From Auanema rhodensis (taxonomy: Eukaryota > Animalia > Nematoda), in the NCBI GenBank assembly GCA_964057225.1, contig OZ059898.1, positions 2,232,001 to 2,296,000 of the forward strand: DNA of 64,000 nucleotides, in the 5' to 3' direction. The notes below the pieces were generated by a model. It saw only the letters and a list, made by a program, of their open reading frames with translations. It was not told the origin of the DNA and searched no databases. The translations under genes were made by a program, and so were the position numbers. Positions 13,001 through 26,100 of this stretch are shown in pieces (position 1 is the first letter of the stretch; each line of letters opens with the position of its first letter).

Positions 13001-16000
13001 TGCATTCGATGCGGATTTTTAAGCTGCGTCGATCTGTGTTATCAGATTTGCGCTAGCTTAAAAATGCACCGAGATATCAACTGATATAAGTTCACACTTA
13101 TATCCTCGATTTTCACCCTGAAGAATTAATTTTTTCGTTGAATAACATTGTCCATCGTCTTTGCCTTGAAAAAAGGAATCTAAAAACATCTACTTTTTGC
13201 TAAATTATTTTGAAATTTTTCGAAAAAATTTTTGTCAAAATGTTTTTGGAAGCAATGTTAAGTGTACATGGAAACTCAACATACACTAATGCATCATTTT
13301 TCAAACGATCATAACTAATTTTTGTATTAAGCGTTTCTCAATGTAGTATAGTGCATTCGATGCGGATTTTTAAGCTGCGTCGATCTGTGTTATCAGATTT
13401 GCGCTAGCTTAAAAATGCACCGAGATATCAACTGATATAAGTTCACACTTATATCCTCGATTTTCACCCTGAAGATTTAATTTTTTCGTTGAATAACATT
13501 GTCCATCGTCTTTGCCTTGAAAAATGGAATCTAAAAACATCTACTTTTTGCTAAATTATTTTGAAATTTTTCGAAAAAATTTTTGTCAAAATGTTTTTGG
13601 AAGCAATGTTGAGTGTACATGGAAACTCAACATACACTAATGCATCATTTTTCAAACGATCATAACTAATTTTTGTATTAAGCGTTTCTCAATGTAGTAT
13701 AGTGCATTCGATGCGGATTTTTAAGCTGCGTCGATCTGTGTTATCAGATTTGCGCTAGCTTAAAAATGCACCGAGATATCAACTGATATAAGTTCACACT
13801 TATATCCTCGATTTTCACCCTGAAGATTTAATTTTTTCGTTGAATAACATTGTCCATCGTCTTTGCCTTGAAAAATGGAATCTAAAAACATCTACTTTTT
13901 GCTAAATTATTTTGAAATTTTTCGAAAAAATTTTTGTCAAAATGTTTTTGGAAGCAATGTTGAGTGTACATGGAAACTCAACATACACTAATGCATCATT
14001 TTTCAAACGATCATAACTAATTTTTGTATTAAGCGTTTCTCAATGTAGTATAGTGCATTCGATGCGGATTTTTAAGCTGCGTCGATCTGTGTTATCAGAT
14101 TTGCGCTAGCTTAAAAATGCACCGAGATATCAACTGATATATGTTCACACTTATATCCTCGATTTTCACCCTGAAGAATTAATTTTTTCGTTGAATAACA
14201 TTGTCCATCGTCTTTGCCTTGAAAAAAGGAATCTAAAAACATCTACTTTTTGCTAAATTATTTTGAAATTTTTCGAAAAAATTTTTGTCAAAATGTTTTT
14301 GGAAGCAATGTTAAGTGTACATGGAAACTCAACATACACTAATGCATCATTTTTCAAACGATCATAACTAATTTTTGTATTAAGCGTTTCTCAATGTAGT
14401 ATAGTGCATTCGATGCGGATTTTTAAGCTGCGTCGATCTGTGTTATCAGATTTGCGCTAGCTTAAAAATGCACCGAGATATCAACTGATATAAGTTCACA
14501 CTTATATCCTCGATTTTCACCCTGAAGATTTAATTTTTTCGTTGAATAACATTGTCCATCGTCTTTGCCTTGAAAAATGGAATCTAAAAACATCTACTTT
14601 TTGCTAAATTATTTTGAAATTTTTCGAAAAAATTTTTGTCAAAATGTTTTTGGAAGCAATGTTGAGTGTACATGGAAACTCAACATACACTAATGCATCA
14701 TTTTTCAAACGATCATAACTAATTTTTGTATTAAGCGTTTCTCAATGTAGTATAATGCATTCGATGCGGATTTTTAAGCTGCGTCGATCTGTGTTATCAG
14801 ATTTGCGCTAGCTTAAAAATGCACCGAGATATCAACTGATATATGTTCACACATATATCCTCGATTTTCACCCTGAAGAATTAATTTTTTCGTTGAATAA
14901 CATTGTCCATCGTCTTTGCCTTGAAAAAAGGAATCTAAAAACATCTACTTTTTGCTAAATTATTTTGAAATTTTCTGAAAAACTTTTTGTCAAAATGTTT
15001 TTGGAAGCAATGTTGAGTGTACATGGAAACTCAACATACACTAATGCATCATTTTTCAAACGATCATAACTAATTTTTGTATTAAGCGTTTCTCAATGTA
15101 GTATAATGCATTCGATGCGGATTTTTAAGCTGCGTCGATCTGTGTTATCAGATTTGCGCTAGCTTAAAAATGCACCGAGATATCAACTGATATATGTTCA
15201 CACATATATCCTCGATTTTCACCCTGAAGAATTAATTTTTTCGTTGAATAACATTGTCCATCGTCTTTGCCTTGAAAAAAGGAATCTAAAAACATCTACT
15301 TTTTGCTAAATTATTTTGAAATTTTCTGAAAAACTTTTTGTCAAAATGTTTTTGGAAGCAATGTTGAGTGTACATGGAAACTCAACATACACTAATGCAT
15401 CATTTTTCAAACGATCATAACTAATTTTTGTATTAAGCGTTTCTCAATGTAGTATAGTGCATTCAATGCGGATTTTTAAGCTGCGTCGATCTGTGTTATC
15501 AGATTTGCGCTAGCTTAAAAATGCACCGAGATATCAACTGATATAAGTTCACACTTATATCCTCGATTTTCACCCTGAAGAATTAATTTTTTCGTTGAAT
15601 AACATTGTCCATCGTCTTTGCCTTGAAAAAAGGAATCTAAAAACATCTACTTTTTGCTAAATTATTTTGAAATTTTTCGAAAAAATTTTTGTCAAAATGT
15701 TTTTGGAAGCAATGTTAAGTGTACATGGAAACTCAACATACACTAATGCATCATTTTTCAAACGATCATAACTAATTTTTGTATTAAGCGTTTCTCAATG
15801 TAGTATAGTGCATTCGATGCGGATTTTTAAGCTGCGTCGATCTGTGTAATCAGATTTGCGCTAGCTTAAAAATGCACCGAGATATCAACTGATATAAGTT
15901 CACACTTATATCCTCGATTTTCACCCTGAAGATTTAATTTTTTCGTTGAATAACATTGTTCATCGTCTTTGCCTTGAAAAATGGAATCTAAAAACATCTA

Positions 16001-19000
16001 CTTTTTGCTAAATTATTTTGAAATTTTTCGAAAAAATTTTTGTCAAAATGTTTTTGGAAGCAATGTTGAGTGTACATGGAAACTCAACATACACTAATGC
16101 ATCATTTTTCAAACGATCATAACTAATTTTTGTATTAAGCGTTTCTCAATGTAGTATAGTGCATTCGATGCGAATTTTTAAGCTGCGTCGATCTGTGTTA
16201 TCAGATTTGCGCTAGCTTAAAAATGCACCGAGATATCAACTGATATATGTTCACACTTATATCCTCGATTTTCACCCTGAAGAATTAATTTTTTCGTTGA
16301 ATAACATTGTCCATCGTCTTTGCCTTGAAAAAAGGAATCTAAAAACATCTACTTTTTGCTAAATTATTTTGAAATTTTCTGAAAAAATTTTTGTCAAAAT
16401 GTTTTTGGAAGCAATGTTGAGTGTACATGGAAACTCAACATACACTAATGCATCATTTTTCAAACGATCATAACTAATTTTTGTATTAAGCGTTTCTCAA
16501 TGTAGTATAGTGCATTCGATGCGGATTTTTAAGCTGCGTCGATCTGTGTTATCAGATTTGCGCTAGCTTAAAAATGCACCGAGATATCAACTGATATAAG
16601 TTCACACTTATATCCTCGATTTTCACCCTGAAGATTTAATTTTTTCGTTGAATAACATTGTCCATCGTCTTTGCCTTGAAAAATGGAATCTAAAAACATC
16701 TACTTTTTGCTAAATTATTTTGAAATTTTTCGAAAAAATTTTTGTCAAAATGTTTTTGGAAGCAATGTTGAGTGTACATGGAAACTCAACATACACTAAT
16801 GCATCATTTTTCAAACGATCATAACTAATTTTTGTATTAAGCGTTTCTCAATGTAGTATAGTGCATTCGATGCGGATTTTTAAGCTGCGTCGATCTGTGT
16901 TATCAGATTTGCGCTAGCTTAAAAATGCACCGAGATATCAACTGATATAAGTTCACACTTATATCCTCGATTTTCACCCTGAAGAATTAATTTTTTTGTT
17001 GAATAACATTGTCCATCGTCTTTGCCTTGAAAAAAGGAATCTAAAAACATCTACTTTTTGCTAAATTATTTCGAAATTTTTCGAAAAAATTTTTGTCAAA
17101 ATGTTTTTGGAAGCAATGTTGAGTGTACATGGAAACTCAACATACACTAATGCATCATTTTTCAAACGATCATAACTAATTTTTGTATTAAGCGTTTCTC
17201 AATGTAGTATAGTGCATTCGATGCGGATTTTTAAGCTGCGTCGATCTGTGTTATCAGATTTGCGCTAGCTTAAAAATGCACCGAGATATAAACTGATATA
17301 AGTTCACACTTATATCCTCGATTTTCACCCTGAAGATTTAATTTTTTCGTTGAATAACATTGTCCATCGTCTTTGCCTTGTAAAATGGAATCTAAAAACA
17401 TCTACTTTTTGCTAAATTATTTTGAAATTTTTCGAAAAAATTTTTGTCAAAATGTTTTTGGAAGCAATGTTGAGTGTACATGGAAACTCAACATACACTA
17501 ATGCATCATTTTTCAAACGATCATAACTAATTTTTGTATTAAGCGTTTCTCAATGTAGTATAGTGCATTCGATGCGGATTTTTAAGCTGCGTCGATCTGT
17601 GTTATCAGATTTGCGCTAGCTTAAAAATGCACCGAGATATCAACTGATATAAGTTCAAACTTATATCCTCGATTTTCACCCTGAAGAATTAATTTTTTTG
17701 TTGAATAACATTGTCCATCGTCTTTGCCTTGAAAAAAGGAATCTAAAAACATCTACTTTTTGCTAAATTATTTTGAAATTTTTCGAAAAAATTTTTGTCA
17801 AAATGTTTTTGGAAGCAATGTTGAGTGTACATGGAAACTCAACATACACTAATGCATCATTTTTCAAACGATCATAACTAATTTTTGTATTAAGCGTTTC
17901 TCAATGTAGTATAGTGCATTCGATGCGGATTTTTAAGCTGCGTCGATCTGTGTTATCAGATTTGCGCTAGCTTAAAAATGCACCGAGATATCAACTGATA
18001 TAAGTTCACACTTATATCCTCGATTTTCACCCTGAAGATTTAATTTTTTCGTTGAATAACATTGTCCATCGTCTTTGCCTTGAAAAATGGAATCTAAAAA
18101 CATCTACTTTTTGCTAAATTATTTTGAAATTTTTCGAAAAAATTTTTGTCAAAATGTTTTTGGAAGCAATGTTGAGTGTACATGGAAACTCAACATACAC
18201 TAATGCATCATTTTTCAAACGATCATAACTAATTTTTCTCTTAAGCGTTTCTCAATGTAGTATAATGCATTCGATGCAAATTTTTAAGCTGCGTCGATCT
18301 GTGTTATCAGATTTGCGCTAGCTTAAAAATGCACCGAGATATCAACTGATATAAGTTCACACTTATATCCTCGATTTTCACCCTGAAGAATTAATTTTTT
18401 TGTTGAATAACATTGTCCATCGTCTTTGCCTTGAAAAAAGGAATCTAAAAACATCTACTTTTTGCTAAATTATTTTGAAATTTTTCGAAAAAATTTTTGT
18501 CAAAATGTTTTTGGAAGCAATGTTGAGTGTACATGGAAACTCAACATACACTAATGCATCATTTTTCAAACGATCATAACTAATTTTTGTATTAAGAGTT
18601 TCTCAATGTAGTATAGTGAATTCGATGCGGATTTTTAAGCTGCGTCGATCTGTGTTATCAGATTTGCGCTAGCTTAAAAATGCACCGTGATATCAACTGA
18701 TATAAGTTCACACTTATATCCTCGATTTTCACCCTGAAGAATTAATTTTTTTGTTGAATAACATTGTCCATCGTCTTTGCCTTGAAAAAAGGAATCTAAA
18801 AACATCTACTTTTTGCTAAATTATTTTGAAATTTTCTGAAAAAATTTTTGTCAAAATGTTTTTGGAAGCAATGTTGAGTGTACATGGAAACTCAACATAC
18901 ACTAATGCATCATTTTTCAAACGATCATAACTAATTTTTGTATTAAGAGTTTCTCAATGTAGTATAGTGAATTCGATGCGGATTTTTAAGCTGCGTCGAT

Positions 19001-22000
19001 CTGTGTTATCAGATTTGCGCTAGCTTAAAAATGCACCGTGATATCAACTGATATAAGTTCACACTTATATCCTCGATTTTCACCCTGAAGAATTAATTTT
19101 TTTGTTGAATAACATTGTCCATCGTCTTTGCCTTGAAAAAAGGAATCTAAAAACATCTACTTTTTGCTAAATTATTTTGAAATTTTCTGAAAAAATTTTT
19201 GTCAAAATGTTTTTGGAAGCAATGTTGAGTGTACATGGAAACTCAACATACACTAATGCATCATTTTTCAAACGATCATAACTAATTTTTGTATTAAGAG
19301 TTTCTCAATGTAGTATAGTGAATTCGATGCGGATTTTTAAGCTGCGTCGATCTGTGTTATCAGATTTGCGCTAGCTTAAAAATGCACCGTGATATCAACT
19401 GATATAAGTTCACACTTATATCCTCGATTTTCACCCTGAAGAATTAATTTTTTCGTTGAATAACATTGTCCATCGTCTTTGCCTTGAAAAAAGGAATCTA
19501 AAAACATCTACTTTTTGCTAAATTATTTTGAAATTTTCTGAAAAAATTTTTGTCAAAATGTTTTTGGAAGCAATGTTGAGTGTACATGGAAACTCAACAT
19601 ACACTAATGCATCATTTTTCAAACGATCATAACTAATTTTTGTATTAAGCGTTTCTCAATGTAGTATAGTGCATTCGATGCGGATTTTTAAGCTGCGTCG
19701 ATCTGTGTTATCAGATTTGCGCTAGCTTAAAAATGCACCGAGATATCAACTGATATAAGTTCACACTTATATCCTCGATTTTCACCCTGAAGAATTAATT
19801 TTTTCGTTGAATAACATTGTCCATCGTCTTTGCCTTGAAAAAAGGAACCTAAAAAAATCTACTTTTTGCTAAATTATTTTGAAATTTTCTGAAAAAATTT
19901 TTGTCAAAATGTTTTTGGAAGCAATGTTGAGTGTACATGGAAACTCAACATACACTAATGCATCATTTTTCAAACGATCATAACTAATTTTTGTATTAAG
20001 CGTTTCTCAATGTAGTATAGTGCATTCGATGCGGATTTTTAAGCTGCGTCGATCTGTGTTATCAGATTTGCGCTAGCTTAAAAATGCACCGAGATATCAA
20101 CTGATATAAGTTCACACTTATATCCTCGATTTTCACCCTGAAGAATTAATTTTTTCGTTGAATAACATTGTCCATCGTCTTTGCCTTGAAAAAAGGAACC
20201 TAAAAAAATCTACTTTTTGCTAAATTATTTTGAAATTTTCTGAAAAAATTTTTGTCAAAATGTTTTTGGAAGCAATGTTGAGTGTACATGGAAACTCAAC
20301 AAACACTAATGCATCATTTTTCAAACGATCATAACTAATTTTTGTATTAAGCGTTTCTCAATGTAGTATAGTGCATTCGATGCGGATTTTTAAGCTGCGT
20401 CGATCTGTGTTATCAGATTTGCGCTAGCTTAAAAATGCACCGAGATATCAACTGATATAAGTTCACACTTATATCCTCGATTTTCACCCTGAAGAATTAA
20501 TTTTTTTGTTGAATAACATTGTCCATCGTCTTTGCCTTGAAAAAAGGAATCTAAAAACATCTACTTTTTGCTAAATTATTTTGAAATTTTTCGAAAAAAT
20601 TTTTGTCAAAATGTTTTTGGAAGCAATGTTGAGTGTACATGGAAACTCAACATACACTAATGCATCATTTTTCAAACGATCATAACTAATTTTTGTATTA
20701 AGCGTTTCTCAATGTAGTATAGTGCATTCGATGCGGATTTTTAAGCTGCGTCGATCTGTGTTATCAGATTTGCGCTAGCTTAAAAATGCACCGAGATATC
20801 AACTGATATAAGTTCACACTTATATCCTCGATTTTCACCCTGAAGAATTAATTTTTTTGTTGAATAACATTGTCCATCATCTTTGCCTTGAAAAAAAGGA
20901 ATCTAAAAACATCTACTTTTTGCTAAATTATTTTGAAATTTTTCGAAAAAATTTTTGTCAAAATGTTTTTGGAAGCAATGTTGAGTGTACATGGAAACTC
21001 AACATACACTAATGCATCATTTTTCAAACGATCATAACTAATTTTTGTATTAAGCGTTTCTCAATGTAGTATAGTGCATTCGATGCGGATTTTTAAGCTG
21101 CGTCGATCTGTGTTATCAGATTTGCGCTAGCTTAAAAATGCACCGAGATATCAACTGATATAAGTTCACACTTATATCCTCGATTTTCACCCTGAAGAAT
21201 TAATTTTTTCGTTGAATAACATTGTCCATCGTCTTTGCCTTGAAAAAAGGAATCTAAAAACATCTACTTTTTGCTAAATTATTTTGAAATTTTTCGAAAA
21301 AATTTTTGTCAAAATGTTTTTGGAAGCAATGTTGAGTGTACATGGAAACTCAACATACACTAATGCATCATTTTTCAAACGATCATAACTAATTTTTGTA
21401 TTAAGCGTTTCTCAATGTAGTATAGTGCATTCGATGCGGATTTTTAAGCTGCGTCGATCTGTGTTATCAGATTTGCGCTAGCTTAAAAATGCACCGAGAT
21501 ATCAACTGATATAAGTTCACACTTATATCCTCGATTTTCACCCTGAAGAATTAATTTTTTCGTTGAATAACATTGTCCATCGTCTTTGCCTTGAAAAAAG
21601 GAATCTAAAAACATCTACTTTTTGCTAAATTATTTTGAAATTTTTCGAAAAAATTTTTGTCAAAATGTTTTTGGAAGCAATGTTGAGTGTACATGGAAAC
21701 TCAACATACACTAATGCATCATTTTTCAAACGATCATAACTAATTTTTCTATTAAGCGTTTCTCAATGTAGTATAATGCATTCGATGCAAATTTTTAAGC
21801 TGCGTCGATCTGTGTTATCAGATTTGCGCTAGCTTAAAAATGCACCGAGATATCAACTGATATAAGTTCACACTTATATCCTCGATTTTCACCCTGAAGA
21901 ATTAATTTTTTTGTTGAATAACATTGTCCATCGTCTTTGCCTTGAAAAAAGGAATCTAAAAACATGTACTTTTTGCTAAATTATTTTGAAATTTTTCGAA

Positions 22001-23167
22001 AAAATTTTTGTCAAAATGTTTTTGGAAGCAATGTTGAGTGTACATGGAAACTCAACATACACTAATGCATCATTTTTCAAACGATCATAACTAATTTTTG
22101 TATTAAGCGTTTCTCAATGTAGTATAGTGCATTCGATGCGGATTTTTAAGCTGCGTCGATCTGTGTTATCAGATTTGCGCTAGCTTAAAAATGCACCGAG
22201 ATATCAACTGATATAAGTTCACACTTATATCCTCGATTTTCACCCTGAAGAATTAATTTTTTCGTTGAATAACATTGTCCATCGTCTTTGCCTTGAAAAA
22301 AGGAATCTAAAAACATCTACTTTTTGCTAAATTATTTTGAAATTTTTCGAAAAAATTTTTGTCAAAATGTTTTTGGAAGCAATGTTGAGTGTACATGGAA
22401 ACTCAACATACACTAATGCATCATTTTTCAAACGATCATAACTAATTTTTGTATTAAGCGTTTCTCAATGTAGTATAGTGCATTCGATGCGGATTTTTAA
22501 GCTGCGTCGATCTGTGTTATCAGATTTGCGCTAGCTTAAAAATGCACCGAGATATCAACTGATATAAGTTCACACTTATATCCTCGATTTTCACCCTGAA
22601 GAATTAATTTTTTTGTTGAATAACATTGTCCATCGTCTTTGCCTTGAAAAAAGGAATCTAAAAACATCTACTTTTTGCTAAATTATTTTGAAATTTTTCG
22701 AAAAAATTTTTGTCAAAATGTTTTTGGAAGCAATGTTGAGTGTACATGGAAACTCAACATACACTAATGCATCATTTTTCAAACGATCATAACTAATTTT
22801 TGTATTAAGCGTTTCTCAATGTAGTATAGTGCATTCGATGCGGATTTTTAAGCTGCGTCGATCTGTGTTATCAGATTTGCGCTAGCTTAAAAATGCACCG
22901 AGATATCAACTGATATAAGTTCACACTTATATCCTCGATTTTCACCCTGAAGAATTAATTTTTTCGTTGAATAACATTGTCCATCGTCTTTGCCTTGAAA
23001 AAAGGAATCTAAAAACATCTACTTTTTGCTAAATTATTTTGAAATTTTTCGAAAAAATTTTTGTCAAAATGTTTTTGGAAGCAATGTTGAGTGTACATGG
23101 AAACTCAACATACACTAATGCATCATTTTTCAAACGATCATAACTAATTTTTGTATTAAGCGTTTCT

Positions 23168-26100
23168 CAATGTAGTATAGTGCATTCGATGCGGATTTTT
23201 AAGCTGCGTCGATCTGTGTTATCAGATTTGCGCTAGCTTAAAAATGCACCGAGATATCAACTGATATAAGTTCACACTTATATCCTCGATTTTCACCCTG
23301 AAGAATTAATTTTTTCGTTGAATAACATTGTCCATCGTCTTTGCCTTGAAAAAAGGAATCTAAAAACATCTACTTTTTGCTAAATTATTTTGAAATTTTC
23401 TGAAAAAATTTTTGTCAAAATGTTTTTGGAAGCAATGTTGAGTGTACATGGAAACTCAACATACACTAATGCATCATTTTTCAAACGATCATAACTAATT
23501 TTTGTATTAAGCGTTTCTCAATGTAGTATAGTGCATTCGATGCGGATTTTTAAGCTGCGTCGATCTGTGTTATCAGATTTGCGCTAGCTTAAAAATGCAC
23601 CGAGATATCAACTGATATAAGTTCACACTTATATCCTCGATTTTCACCCTGAAGATTTAATTTTTTCGTTGAATAACATTGTCCATCGTCTTTGCCTTGA
23701 AAAATGGAATCTAAAAACATCTACTTTTTGCTAAATTATTTTGAAATTTTTTGAAAAAATTTTTGTCAAAATGTTTTTGGAAGCAATGTTGAGTGTACAT
23801 GGAAACTCAACATACACTAATGCATCATTTTTCAAACGATCATAACTAATTTTTATATTAAGCGTTTCTCAATGTAGCATAGTGCATTCGATGCGGATTT
23901 TTAAGCTGCGTCGATCTGTGTTATCAGATTTGCGCTAGCTTAAAAATGCACCGAGATATCAACTGATATAAGTTCACACTTATATCCTCGATTTTCACCC
24001 TGAAGAATTAATTTTTTTGTTGAATAACATTGTCCATCGTCTTTGCCTTGAAAAAAGGAATCTAAAAACATCTACTTTTTGCTAAATTATTTTGAAATTT
24101 TTCGAAAAAATTTTTGTCAAAATGTTTTTGGAAGCAATGTTGAGTGTACATGGAAACTCAACATACACTAATGCATCATTTTTCAAACGATCATAACTAA
24201 TTTTTGTATTAAGCGTTTCTCAATGTAGTATAGTGCATTCGATGCGGATTTTTAAGCTGCGTCGATCTGTGTTATCAGATTTGCGCTAGCTTAAAAATGC
24301 ACCGAGATATCAACTGATATAAGTTCACACTTATATCCTCGATTTTCACCCTGAAGAATTAATTTTTTTGTTGAATAACATTGTCCATCGTCTTTGCCTT
24401 GAAAAAAGGAATCTAAAAACATCTACTTTTTGCTAAATTATTTTGAAATTTTTCGAAAAAATTTTTGTCAAAATGTTTTTGGAAGCAATGTTGAGTGTAC
24501 ATGGAAACTCAACATACACTAATGCATCATTTTTCAAACGATCATAACTAATTTTTGTATTAAGCGTTTCTCAATGTAGTATAGTGCATTCGATGCGGAT
24601 TTTTAAGCTGCGTCGATCTGTGTTATCAGATTTGCGCTAGCTTAAAAATGCACCGAGATATCAACTGATATAAGTTCACACTTATATCCTCGATTTTCAC
24701 CCTGAAGAATTAATTTTTTTGTTGAATAACATTGTCCATCGTCTTTGCCTTGAAAAAAGGAATCTAAAAACATCTACTTTTTGCTAAATTATTTTGAAAT
24801 TTTCTAAAACAATTTTTGTCAAAATGTTTTTGGAAGCAATGTTGAGTGTACATGGAAACTCAACATACACTAATGCATCATTTTTCAAACGATCATAACT
24901 AATTTTTGTATTAAGCGTTTCTCAATGTAGTATAGTGCATTCGATGCGGATTTTTAAGCTGCGTCGATCTGTGTTATCAGATTTGCGCTAGCTTAAAAAT
25001 GCACCGAGATATCAACTGATATAAGTTCACACTTATATCCTCGATTTTCACCCTGAAGAATTAATTTTTTCGTTGAATAACATTGTCCATCGTCTTTGCC
25101 TTGAAAAAAGGAATCTAAAAACATCTACTTTTTGCTAAATTATTTTGAAATTTTCTGAAAAAATTTTTGTCAAAATGTTTTTGGAAGCAATGTTGAGTGT
25201 ACATGGAAACTCAACATACACTAATGCATCATTTTTCAAACGATCATAACTAATTTTTGTATTAAGCGTTTCTCAATGTAGTATAGTGCATTCGATGCGG
25301 ATTTTTAAGCTGCGTCGATCTGTGTTATCAGATTTGCGCTAGCTTAAAAATGCACCGAGATATCAACTGATATAAGTTCACACTTATATCCTCGATTTTC
25401 ACCATGAAGAATTAATTTTTTTGTTGAATAACATTGTCCATCGTCTTTGCCTTGAAAAAAGGAATCTAAAAACATCTACTTTTTGCTAAATTATTTTGAA
25501 ATTTTTCGAAAAAATTTTTGTCAAAATGTTTTTGGAAGCAATGTTGAGTGTACATGGAAACTCAACATACACTAATGCATCATTTTTCAAACGATCATAA
25601 CTAATTTTTGTATTAAGCGTTTCTCAATGTAGTATAGTGCATTCGATGCGGATTTTTAAGCTGCGTCGATCTGTGTTATCAGATTTGCGCTAGCTTAAAA
25701 ATGCACCGAGATATCAACTGATATAAGTTCACACTTATATCCTCGATTTTCACCCTGAAGAATTAATTTTTTCGTTGAATAACATTGTCCATCGTCTTTG
25801 CCTTGAAAAAAGGAATCTAAAAACATCTACTTTTTGCTAAATTATTTTGAAATTTTTCGAAAAAATTTTTGTCAAAATGTTTTTGGAAGCAATGTTGAGT
25901 GTACATGGAAACTCAACATACACTAATGCATCATTTTTCAAACGATCATAACTAATTTTTGTATTAAGCGTTTCTCAATGTAGTATAGTGCATTCGATGC
26001 GGATTTTTAAGCTGCGTCGATCTGTGTTATCAGATTTGCGCTAGCTTAAAAATGCACCGAGATATCAACTGATATAAGTTCACACTTATATCCTCGATTT

